Assembly: GCF_009914755.1 (NCBI RefSeq)
Contig: NC_060928.1
Direction: 5' to 3' (one strand)
Origin: the human T2T-CHM13v2.0 reference genome, Homo sapiens
DNA: 64,000 nt
The position numbers and the translations under genes are program-made. Under the pieces are notes generated by a model. It worked only from the letters and a program-made list of their open reading frames with translations. It had not been told where the DNA came from and ran no database searches. Shown here piece after piece: positions 40,430 through 52,400 of this stretch (positions are counted from its first letter, which is position 1; each line of letters opens with the position of its first letter).

Positions 40430-41639
40430 CTAATAGTCATTTATTATAGGAGTTGGTACCGCATGCCGAGTTCCCAAATAAGGGAGTGGTGACTCTCACC
40501 TGGGAATATTAAGGAAAAGTAGGAAACATTTGACCAAACACGTGAGTTAATCCCTGGTATCTTTACTGGTTCAAGCTCTAACCTTTGACTTTTCTTTAAC
40601 TGATCATCCATCATGTACTCTATCATTACTACCTGCAAACATGATTAATTATACCGAACTAAACCTAGTTCATGAGAGTAAACACACACATATACATACA
40701 CTCTTCTAATGACAGGAACTTCTGACTTCTGCAGAGTCCCATTTCTTTGGTTTCCTCAAGGAGGTAACTGCTTCATTATCAAATAATGGTTTCTAATATT
40801 TTCCTCCAGGTTTTCTGCACTTGCTTTCTTTAATTTGAATGTTTTGGTGCAATCTCTTCAGAATACAGTGATCACCATAAAAAGTTCTTGGATTATTCAA
40901 CATCCAGGTACTTCTTAACCTTAAAATTTCTCTAGTTGCTAAGAAGAACCATTGTTTGTTCTAACTTTCAATATACTTGCAATTCCACAAAAAAAACAAA
41001 ATAGAAAGTAAAATGATTTTGGCTAGCTCTGTGTATGCTTAAGTCTAGTTTTTAGGCAGCTCTATAGCCAAGCATTTCTGACAAGGGGCATTTGCCAAAA
41101 GCAGATTTTCATACAGTTTCCCAAGTTTTTAAAATTGAGTTTGAGGTTTTATTTCTTCTTTTTCTCCTTTTCCAAACTTAGTGGCTTTCTTTTATTGGCT
41201 TGTGCTCAGATTGAGCATACTAGAAAATAAAATAAAAGTTAACATATATCATTGGAGACAGGCCTGAGAAACTAATTTGAATGTTGGACATATTTTAGTT
41301 AGATAATCTGACAGGGAAAATTTCAGGTCTTAATTAGATGCTTTAATTATTCCTTATTGGTAAAATGAATCTTTATTGATAGAAATTTTAAAAAATTAAA
41401 TTAAAAACACTGAAATTTGCCTTTTCTTTGTTGTAATTATTGTTATATTTTCAAAAATAAATCTTGATTGCTTATCTCTACACTGTTTTTATTTATTTTT
41501 TTTTATTTTGCAGCCTTTTATTCTTGTTTGGGATGCCAGAGAAAAGAAGTCAGGTTTAAAAGCCAATTCACAGATGTAGTTTTTTTTTCTGATTATTAGT
41601 AATCATGGGAACTTTTTATAGAATATCTAAAATTTAAAT

Positions 41640-42620
41640 GCAGTCTGGAGGAAGACAATACGCCTTTGTGTCTGTTGAGAGAAACCTCCTATTTGCCTTT
41701 GTTGTCTGAACGAATTTCACCCTTCTGTCAAAGTGTGTCCACTCTAACCTTTCCTTTCGCTCTGCTGGCATCTCTCCAGTCTCCAAAATGCATGTTTGAC
41801 TCTCATCTGACACCTTTATCTGATACAGTCACAACACTTCTTTGCATAATGAGCAGGCATTCCCTACCCATCAGAAAGGTAATTAAAAAAATGTTTAGAT
41901 TTTTGTTTTCATAGACGTAACAGTATAAATGCAACTTCTGCTCAATTAAGCTGCAGTGTCAGTGAGAGGGGGAGGGGAGGAATGGTTCTTAAACAAGAGC
42001 GGATTTTATGTTTCTATCTTAAAACTGGAGATACGGATTTGTGATTTTCCCTCCCCCATGGAAAGAAATCTTTAAATAAAGATGTCTTCATCTGAATTGA
42101 CCACCGTTTATAAAAGCAAATCTGGTCGGGGCTCTGCTGCTTATGCTGAAGGAACATTCCTCCCCATTACAACGGCATTTGCACATTTATAGGAGGAATA
42201 AAGAAAAAGATGCATGATACATGTGAAGGAGCCTTCTCTCTGCCATCCAGAGAAAGAAGAACTAAAAGGATTATAAAAGTTCAGATTAAAATGATATAAA
42301 ATCTAGCATTTGGCTCCAACACTAGTGCCTTGGTCCTCTGAAGCTAATCTGTATGCACTCTGTGACCTCCTCGCAGCGAACCCTGCTAAATATATTATTC
42401 CCACGGGGGCTTTCACTGCTGCTTGGTGTCAGAAATCAATATGTATGAGGCGCGTGGATGGGAATTTCTAATAGATCTGCCTGGCCCTGTGCTGCTTTTC
42501 AATATCTGCCTTGGACTATTAGTGCCGGCTCGGTGCCTGTGAAATAACCGAGATAATCTTTTAAGGTGCACTGTTAAGGTGGAACCTAAATGTTGCTGTT
42601 TCAATTAAAACAAAAATTAT
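41640..42620. promoter_or_regulatory. Candidate conserved non-coding element / enhancer
   Basis: No repeat recognised; POU-type TTTGCATAAT at 41841, TAATTA, TGACA/TGTCA sites; CpG cluster at 42370-42550. Confidence 0.5.
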
Positions 42621-44166
42621 ATTCATAAATCAGTCAGGTCTGTGTAACCTTGTATAGTCACTCTGGAAGGCTGATTAGAAAGAAGGTGGGATTTAAAGCT
42701 TTTGGGAGTGCAATGTTATTTTTAAATTCTACTTAGAGTTTGAAGAAAGGTTTTACATTTTATGTCTAATAATGTGTTATTTGGAAAGGGGTATCAGATT
42801 AGAAATGAAATTTAGAAAGCTGAGAGTTCTCAAATCAAACAGTGTTTGTGTGTGTGGTGGGGGGGAGGAGTCATCTTAATAACAGAGAAAAAGGACTCAT
42901 AATATGTGGTTAGCAAAGTCATTTTCCCCATATTAGATGAGAACACATTTGCACATGGCTCTTTTTCATATAATTTATTCACACTAAAATTATTGCATGA
43001 GTGATTTTTTTTGGATAACTGTACAAATTAATTTTATCCCCATCAAGCAATTGTACCATGTCTTTATTTGTACTTGTATCTGTACAGCTATTTGGAGATA
43101 AAAGTGGGCAAGAAAGTAGTTCATTAAAGTTCCATGTTACCCGCCCTAACTGATGAATATCTTTCTTTCTTCAGTAGCCCAAGCACAGTGCAAAGAGGCG
43201 TTGGTCTGAGCTGTGTACAGGGAGCACAGCATCAGTCTGGATTCTCCTTGTTTTCCTCTTTGTTTGCAGGTTAGTGCTCAGAGGAAGCTGTTCTGGCTCA
43301 ATGCACAGAGGTGCAGCACCCCAAAAAAGTAGCAAAAGTACTTCATCATTACTGGTAGTAGTAGTATCATTATTAGTATCAATGGAGAACAGGGAGGTAG
43401 TCTGTGACCCACACATGCATGTATCTGGCCCTTCATGCAGCAAGGCTGGGTTCAAATCCCTGCATGGTGTGGCACGAAGACAGCCCTCACCCAAGAGGAT
43501 CATGTTTGGTCATCTTTAGCTCTGTTGCCTTGTGAGGTTGTCACCCTACTAAAGGTGGAAGAACTGGCATATAACTTTTTTTTGTTTTTCTTCTTTTCTT
43601 TCTTTCTTGCACACCTCACTTAGCACAGCACAATCCACCTGACAACCCTCTGAAATGCCCTGACTGCTTGTCGGGCCTTCCCTGGATTTTATGTGAGGCC
43701 ACAGCTTACAATTGGTGATATGGGGCCCTAAGCTGCAAACATCAAAAAGGCAGCACCAAAAAGCATAAGGCTAGTAACCCTCTGTTCATTAAAAAGCTGC
43801 CTTTAAATAATAGCTCCATCTACTCCGTCTTTATTTATAGTTATAGCAATATAATTGTTGAGGGAAAAAATACACACTTTTGAAGAATACTCATTTTTCT
43901 ACTTATTTACTGATTTTCAAAAAACTTACTAAACTGTGAATATTACTCTTAACACAAATTTCCTAGACATCATGTAAGAAAACTCCCTTTAAGTCAGTTT
44001 CTCTTTCACACTTGTTCTGTTTTAAAGATGCCATCTCATAGGTACATTTCTATGTGATCTATAACTGAACTTCAGAATTATTAAAATTAAAAAAGTTTAA
44101 CACACAAGAAACCAAACTTGTCTTTGAGTTCTTTGTTAAAGATATGGAATTCTATGCATTAACTTT

Positions 44167-44242
44167 ATTCAAAATATTACCAAATTCAAAATATTACTAA
44201 AATCCAAAATTCAAAATATTACTAAATTCAAAATATTACCAA
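44167..44242. repeat. 17-bp tandem repeat ATTCAAAATATTAC(C/T)AA x4 with 8-bp central spacer
   Basis: Units start at 44167, 44184, 44209 and 44226. Confidence 0.9.
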
Positions 44243-45670
44243 AACTCGTAAATAAAATGTAAATGTTTATAAAGTATTGTACCACTAGATTTGTTTATTT
44301 TTTTCTCTGTCATCCAGAATGGAGAAAACAAGCCACTCCACTCAATTTTCAACTGGGTATATAACACAGTCATGATCTCACATGAGAAATGCCAACCAGT
44401 TTAATCTGTCTGGAAGTCCCTCTCCTCTAAATCCTCCCTTCTTTCAACCCTTCAATTAGAGATTTGTGAAAGTCATCTATGTGTTTTCTGCATCTCCCAG
44501 AGAGGTGTGACTTTGTGAGGCAGTGACCATAAGCTTCAGCATTAGTGAGGGGAATTATAATAGAATTATATAATGAGTACTCTTATTTAATATAAAATTT
44601 AAAAAGGGAGAATAATAAAACCCCACCTATACAGTAATCTTAAACTATCTGCTTCTATATTGGCTGAATAACAGTAACTTCCTAAGCAATTTTACTAAAC
44701 GTAAAGAAAAGTAAAAAGGAATACATTTTAAAGGTGACTTCTTATCAAGATATTGATGCCTAAGATCAAATCAAGCAAAACACACAATAAAATAAACAGC
44801 AGCTGTGAATACAATATGTGTAATAAAAATGAGTATAGGCATAAGGTGTTTATAATGACAAAAAACATACTATTTATGCTCAATATCCTTAATATGCTAT
44901 TTTTGCTTAATATCCAAAAATGCCTTGTTAATGAATTTGCATAATCTTTTTTGGTATTTCTTTCTTTGACAGAGTCACTACAATTATATCTGTCACAGAA
45001 TGCCTGAAGAAGTATATTGTATAACAAACATCCTTATCCTCATTAAATATCAATTACTTCTATAATAGTTTGAACACAAAGAGAAATAACTATTGAAATC
45101 TCATGAATCTGTCCATCTCACTAAGAAAACTGAGAACTTTTCCTTTGTGAACAGATGCTCCAACCTGGTGGCCAAAGATAATAAAATCTTTATTTTACAG
45201 TCAACACCATTGATGCAAATTCTGCCATCCAGCCAAATAAGGGAAACATATTCAATCACTTCTGCTCATATCTAGGGTTAGAGATAATTCAAAACATAGC
45301 ATCAAGCCATTACCTAGCAAAAGAGTCTGAGCTGACATAAAAAGGCCAGGTTCATATCTTGACATTTTGTGCAAACTTAGAAGAAAAAGGCTTTGCTCCA
45401 CAAGTCCTGTGCCATTCCAATGAGATAAGAATTTCCTAAATAGAAATTTAAAATGCATTGTTACTTATTTCTATCTGAATTACTTTACTTTCTACTTTTC
45501 TGTTCATTTCTTTGCCCTTTAAGTCAATACGTGAGATATATATAAGAACACAGTAGTTGACTAAATAGATCATGAATACAGGAAGGAAAGTGTAGAAGAA
45601 AGAGAAGTATAAAGTAAATGGGTTGTCTCCTCCTATGAAATTATAAACTCCTTGAGGACATCAAGCCCAT

Positions 45671-46034
45671 TAATATGGTTTGGCTGTGTCCCCACCCAAA
45701 TCTCATCTTGAATTGTAACTCCCATAATTCCCACGTGTTGAGGGAGAAACCCAGTGGGAGATAATTGAATCATGGAGTGGGTCTTTCCCATGCTATTCTC
45801 ATGGTAGTGATTAAGTCTTATAAGATATAATAGATCTGATGGTTTTATAAAGGGGAGTTTCCCTGCACAAGGTCTCTCTTTTGCCTGCTGCCATGTAAGA
45901 CATGCCTTTCACCTTCCACTATGATTGTGAGGGCTCCCCAGCCATGTGGAACTGTGAATCCATTAAACCTATTTTTTTTAATAATTCCACTCTCAGGTAC
46001 ATTTTTATTGGCAGTGTGAAAACAAACTAATACA
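45671..46034 (+). mobile_element. THE1B-like solo LTR (MaLR)
   Basis: TAATATGGTTTGGCTGTGTCCCCACCCAAATCTCATCTTG...AAACTAATACA; perfect 5-bp TSD CCCAT at 45666-45670 and 46035-46039. Confidence 0.95.
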
Positions 46035-46070
46035 CCCATCATCTTGTTTTACATTTTCCATGGATACAAT

Positions 46071-46116
46071 TATTAAGTTGGTGCAAAAGTAATTGTGGTT
46101 TTTACCATTACTTCAA
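46071..46116 (+). mobile_element. MADE1/Hsmar1 terminal inverted repeat, single arm
   Basis: TATTAAGTTGGTGCAAAAGTAATTGTGGTTTTTACCATTACTT. Confidence 0.85.
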
Positions 46117-46369
46117 ATATAAAGATTTTATTGGGCCTCTTTAAGTTTTAGCCTATGCAACAGACTCCGCAAATAAAAGGCTAGTAAGTTTCAATGCCCA
46201 CGCAGAGTTTATATTCAAATAGAGGAGAACGATCTGCAAATAACATTTAAAGTATTACATAGTAGTAAGTTCAATGTATCCTCTAGTTTCATGAAGTCAG
46301 GTTTTCAGTCAGCTTGACTCACCATGATAGCCCCAATGCAGTCTTGCACTCACATATGGTTAGTCAAGC

Positions 46370-46990
46370 AATCAATGTCCAGTTAAAAAAAAAAAAAAGC
46401 CATTCAAGGTATTTCTAGGAGAGAGGAATTTAATGTCAGGAACTCATTACAAAAGACTTAGAAGAGCTGTAGGGCTAAAAAAAAGAAAGTGGGAGCCAGC
46501 CAGTGAAACAATATGAAGTGGATTACCCAGAGCTCAAGAAGCTGCTCCTACACTTGGGCTGAAGCCAAGAGCCTGTACTGACTATTTGAGCTGGTGGAGG
46601 CAGTGCAACCGATGCTGACACTGTTGGAACTGCACCACAGCTAAGCAGGAAAGAGCCAAATAAATACACTTGTGCTAATCCCACTGGAGATGCTGCTGCT
46701 GCTTCTGCTATTAGAAGAGCATTGCCTAAGCAGGAGGTTGGAGCCCCTGCTGGGGCTGCCATGGTGGAAAGCATCTTCCGAAGCTGGGACTGGGAAGGAG
46801 CAAGTTCCACCCACCACCCTCCTTGGTCTTCAGACCCCTACTGGTGTAACCCAGTGGTGGAGCCTAACAGGAAGCCAACTGACAAGGCAGACTAGAAAAG
46901 TAGTTTTCAGGCTTTCAGCCTGCTGAGATACAAAGGAGAAGAAGGGTGTGAAAAGCACTAAGAGACAGGAGATATATAGCCAGCTAGTAG
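46370..46990. mobile_element. Probable ancient ERV LTR (LTR78/79-like)
   Basis: GTCCAGTT...CCATTCAAGGTATTTCTAGGAGAGAGGAATTTAATGTCAGGAAC followed by a GC-richer body. Confidence 0.35.
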
Positions 46991-48571
46991 CTTTTCAGAT
47001 AACGTGTTGAGTGAACAATAGATGTATATAAAATAGATAAATGTAAAAGAGAAAGGACTGCTAACTCTTGTATAGAATTACATGTTTAACTCCAGTGATT
47101 TCCAAACATTTTTGGCAATAAAATCTATATTTTTTTAAATGAAATTTTAATAAGAAGCACTAATATATATTAAGTGACAAAAGAAGATACTTAAGATATA
47201 AGTTCAAAGGTATTATAATACAAGTTACAAGTTATTGCAGAGTTATTGAGAATAAATAAATCTGTTATGATAAATGAAAACACTTTTATATAGTGATTCC
47301 AATTGCCACTTTCAGTCAAGAGTCATAAAATTCTAACTGAATATTAGGAATTTTCCTGAATGAAGCACTTATACACAATCCTAGGGTTTCAAGAAACATT
47401 AGAACATTTCTATACTCACAAAAATTAAAAATTAAAAATAGCACATTTGAAAAATAATCTTAAATTATAACAGATATCAAAAGGTTCATAGCAATAACAG
47501 TATTTCACTATAGTGAATCTTAATTTTTAATACAGTTCATTATAACAGAGATGTATGTATATCCAGGCAATATTTAGTTTACTAAAACTTAACAACTGCA
47601 TGTGACAAAAGCATTGAAATGCAAAGTCTCATAATAAGCAGTTAATAAAATATATTTATCTATAGCATTTAGGATGCTCCATCTGCCATTATAGATCTGA
47701 TAAGATAAAGAATCTGGCTTTGCCCACATCACTCCTTTGCTCAAATAATTTCAATATTTCTTCACAGTACACAAGATAAGCAATAAATGACTAGTTGGCC
47801 TAGAATTCAAGGACTTCTAATGTCAAGAATATAACTAATATTCCAATCATATCTTTCAAGATTTATTTAGATAAATTCTCTGCTTCAATTCATTGGTCTC
47901 TGTACATTATTCACATTTTTCTGCCTTTTCGCCTTCAATCAAGTCATTTTGTTTATCAAATTCCTTTATCAAAGCCAAACCATATAAATTTAAAAATTAC
48001 TGTAAAACATGTTCCTATTGCTGAATGTTGATCTTCAATGTTCCTTATTCTACTCCAGAAACAACTCTGGATATCCACGCCTATGTCTACTCCAGTTGCC
48101 TTTGTAGTATTTCCATCCTCTCTCTCTTTCTCTCTCTTCCTGTGTGTGTGTGTGTGTTAGGGGCGGGGAATGTTGAAAAATGTTAAATTGGATTCGAGAG
48201 CACCATTTACTAACATTCAAACGCAGGTCCATGTTTTAAATAAAAACACCCAAAAGATAATAAAGGATGGCAAATTCATGAAAGTAATTATGGTGTATAT
48301 TTTACTCACAAGCACCTTTATAAAATGTAGTACTCAATATTTGTTGAATTAATAAAATAAAATACATTAACTTTCAGACACGGTAAAATATTATAGATAG
48401 GGCTCTCTACCTAGCTCTCCCTCACCATCGGCAGATATCAAAAGCTAATTAAGGTGTTTACTTACTGAACCCAAATTTACTTTCATGATCCTTCTTAATA
48501 TAAACCACCATTACTTATCACTCAGAATGGAACAGAAGATAGTTATTTGCCATACATTGACACAGATTCAG

Positions 48572-48947
48572 TGTATTAGTCTGTTCTCATGCTGCTAATA
48601 AAGACATACCCAAGACTGGGTAATTTAAAAAGGAAAGAGGTTTAACTGACTCTCAGTTCCACAGGACTGGGGAGGCCTCAGGAAACTTACAATCCTGGTA
48701 GAAGGGGAAGCAAACATATCCTTCTTCACAGGGCGGCAGGATGGAGAAGTGTGAAGCAAAAGGGGGAAAAGCTCCTTATAAAACAATCAGATCTCATAAG
48801 AACTCACTCACTGTCATGAGAACAGCATGAGGGTAACCACCCCTATGATTAAATTACCTCCCACCAGGTCCCTCCCACAACACGTGGGGATTGTGGGAAC
48901 TACAATTCGAGATGAGATTTGGGTGAAGACATAGCCAAACCATGTAA
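48572..48947 (-). mobile_element. THE1C/D-like solo LTR (MaLR)
   Basis: TGTATTAGTCTGTTCTCATGCTGCTAATAAAGACATACCC...AGCCAAACCATGTAA; perfect TSD TTCAG at 48567-48571 and 48948-48952. Confidence 0.95.
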
Positions 48948-50518
48948 TTCAGTCTTTAGAATATAGTAATTTGTATTTTCATTTAACATTTAATGTTCTT
49001 TCAACATTTTGCTTCACCAACTGGACTATAATTCATGTGAAGACAGGGAGAAAATATATCTCCTCAGCCTATGCAAGCCTCTACACATAAAGTGTAATTA
49101 TTAAATATTTGTTTAAAATGATGAAATATATGCAGAATCAGGGTATTACGATTCATTTCTGCAATGCACTCAGGCCAGTGAGTGTAGCTCAGGAGAGCTT
49201 AAAAAATTACTGTAAAACATGTTCCCATTGCTGAATGTTGAACTTCTATAGAGCATATGCAGTTGAAATTTCTGACACAAATCTCCTAAGGATCACTGTC
49301 AAATATAAGGCCATTTGAAATGGACATAAACTCTTCTTCTGCCCTTCCCCCTTTGCCTCTAAGTTATTGTGCAATTAGAGATTCCTTCCCATGTGCTTAA
49401 AATATAGCAGAGAAAAACAGTTACACTATTCTTTTTATCTGTAAGTCACACAAGTGTTGTCCAGTCTTGAAAATTATGATGTGATCAGCTCTTCTTTTAA
49501 TGTTATATAAAAATAAACCCTCATCAAATAAAGCTGTATATAAATATTAATATAATCAGGGAAGTGGGGTAGAGTGATAGGAACTTCAGTGCCTTTACTC
49601 ACAAAAATAGGATATAGGATTTGGTGTGAGTGGTACACATCCAATCACAATTATCACCAAACAAAACAGTCATTTAGATTTGCAGCTTGGGCTTCAACAT
49701 TTTTATAGGATGAACAAGACAACAGCAACTATGCTGCAAAAGAGGACTGAAAATGGTACAGCTCTCTTTTTTAAAAGGAGGGAAAAAATCTTATTTTTTA
49801 TCATCTTTCCAGTCTGCCTCTAAAACACATCCTGGAGGAAATGAGTTGCTTACAAAGTGTGGAACAACCCATTGCTCCTATATTCTTTATTCCATACAGA
49901 TAATAAGTTTGATAGCAGTTAAAATATTAAGATGAATCCAGTCAAGATCCTTCCAGCAAACTCTCATTTATCATGCTTGGCCCGTCTATCATATCTCCTT
50001 GTAGCTAGATAATCCCTTTCCCATTTTGGTTCAGAGAGCTTTATACACACTACCTCATTAACTTCACAAAGAGCTGTGTGAGCTAAAGAGAAGGCAAGTA
50101 AACCAATATGAGACCTGGAAACCAGTTGCCAAGTGCCAAATGCTCCACCAAATACCCATGTACAACTAATGCAATTGAGTTTACTAACCAAGATTTCTAA
50201 TCATTTCTTTTTCTCTTACCTCTGTTAATGAGCCCATGAGTCTTCACATAAATGTACGGTAGACAAAGTTAAACAGAAAGTGGATTAATTCTCTAGGAAT
50301 GACCTTTAGTATATGTATCATTAACCAGGATGATTCAGGCAAAAAAATAAGTTTAATTAACTAGCTACTCTGGACTAGCTTTGTACCAAATAAAATGAGA
50401 TTGGCAGCAGCAAGTAAACATTATCCAAATTGGCTATTTACCTACATAAATTTACCAGATAACTGTTCAGTCTTCAAGATGACTTCTGTTGGGTAAACCT
50501 AACCTTGGTAGACATTTT

Positions 50519-51044
50519 TATTCCATTTTATTTTAAGTTCTGGGATGCATGTGCAGGACATGCAGATTTGTTACATAAATAAACATGTGCCATAGTGGTT
50601 TGCTGCACCTATCAACCCATCACCTAGGTATTAAGCCCCACATGCATTAGCTATTTATCCTGATGCTCTCCCTCCTTCCATCCTCTGACAGGCCCCAGTG
50701 TGTATTGTTCCTCTCCCTGTGTCCATGTGTTCTCCTTGTTCAGCTCCCACTTATAAGTGAGTACATGCAGTTTTTGGTGTTCTGTTTCTGTGTTAGTTTG
50801 CTGAGGATAATGGCTTCCAGCTCCATCCATGTCCCTGGAAAGGATATGATCTTGTTTCTTTTTATGGCTGCATCAGATTGAACAGACAACCTACAGAATG
50901 GGAGAAAATGTTTGTGATCTATCTATCTGACAAAGGTCTAATATCCAGAATCTACAAGGAACTTAAACAAGTTTGCAAGAAAAAAAAAATAACCCCATTA
51001 AAAAGTGGGCAAAGGACACGATCAGACACTTCTCAAAAGAAGAC
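50519..51044 (-). mobile_element. Short 5'-inverted L1PA (L1PA8/10-like)
   Basis: Antisense 3' end 50519-50873 joined via shared CAT to a sense ORF2 piece (NRQPTEWEK) 50871-51044; candidate TSD ACATTTT. Confidence 0.88.
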
Positions 51045-52049
51045 ACATTTTCACTTGTGATTAATCTCTATAGTTTATAGAGTCTTTTTGTTTCATTAGT
51101 TAAACTCAACATCAAGAAGTAATTTTCTGACACATCTGTGAGAATAGTATATCCAGTGTTTAATATAACTATGAAAAATGCTGGAAACATATTATAGGGA
51201 AGAATCCAAACTGGTCTCCAAAAAGATGTAACAGATACTTCTAAGCTCCATTTCTATGATTATGAGCTGTATTAAAATATTGGATATTTAAAAAAAACTA
51301 TAAAATGGAAGTGGTAGGTTTTAACCAAAATTCTGTATCATGTGTATTAACTTCTCTTTGGTAAACCTTTTCTACATACTCTCTAATACCATTTTCCTTT
51401 TCACTCCATCAAAATTTTTATTCTAAATAACCAATCAAGTATAAGAGAATCACTCCACCTAGATTAGTAATTAATATGAATTTATTGAGCTCTTTATTGC
51501 ACTCAACACAAGGACTAGAAATTGAGGAATGCAAAATACTACAACCATCAAAAAGTTTATCCTTCAATTCATTACCTATAACTCAACCCCTCAGTCTACC
51601 TCTATTTGTTCCTTATCTCAACAAATACCATCATCATTGTCTGTCCAGTTGACTCAAGCTGGAAGTTAGTAACTCCTCTTCCCCATTGTCCCCACACACC
51701 TAGAAAAGTCTTATTTATAATGCCTCTTTATCAGTTCTGAAACTAATTGCACTACCACTGCCTACGTCTAGAGCACCACTGTCTAGAGTCTGAATTATTC
51801 CCCAGCTCTAAGCTTGTCTCTGTTCTAATTTTAACATGTACATGCAAAGTTGTCTACTGAAAGTCCATATATGATATTGCCACATCTCAACTCAAAATTG
51901 TACTCTAATACTCTATTTTCTTCAGGATAAAGTTTAAACTTAGAGTAAACTGTCCATAAATTTGTCATAGTTTGACCCTCCAACCTGATCATTTTTAATT
52001 CTACTACTTCTACATATGTATAGCTTAGCCTACTAAATGTTTGTTAAAA

Positions 52050-52400
52050 TCCATTTATTTTTCAACTGTTCACTTAGCAAGACATCATTTTCCAGCATCT
52101 CTTACCATTTGGAGTGTTCATATGACAAAATTCTGACAAATGGGATTTAAGCAGGAATGATACATGTCACTTCTACATCAGAATGGTTGAGAAATGGGTG
52201 TGTCTTTCCCACGGTATCTTTTTCTATCTTCCAGTTAAAAAGGGAGGCCTTTAAGGACCCAGAAAAGGAGAGAGATGTAAGACAAAGGAAGGCTAGATCC
52301 CTGAATTATTATATGGGAAGCCGCCTCACCAGGAACACTGGCAGTGGAATAGAATTTGTGATTTATCTTTAACAGCAATTGACATCCTCTTAGTTTGTAT
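52050..52400. mobile_element. Old MLT1-type LTR within L2 fragments (about 51590-52830)
   Basis: ATTTTCCAGCATCTCTT...CATATGACAAAATTCTGACAAATGGGATTTAAGCAGGAATGATACATGTCACTTC. Confidence 0.5.

Noticed and set aside
40810-40907. Possible 98-nt plus-strand exon (TTTTCCTCCAG ... CAG|GTACTT)
   Set aside because: Weak donor; such site pairs are common by chance in AT-rich DNA and I have no supporting evidence.
44167-44242. Repeat-spacer pattern as a CRISPR-like array
   Set aside because: Units are adjacent with no unique spacers, there are no cas genes, and the context is primate DNA.
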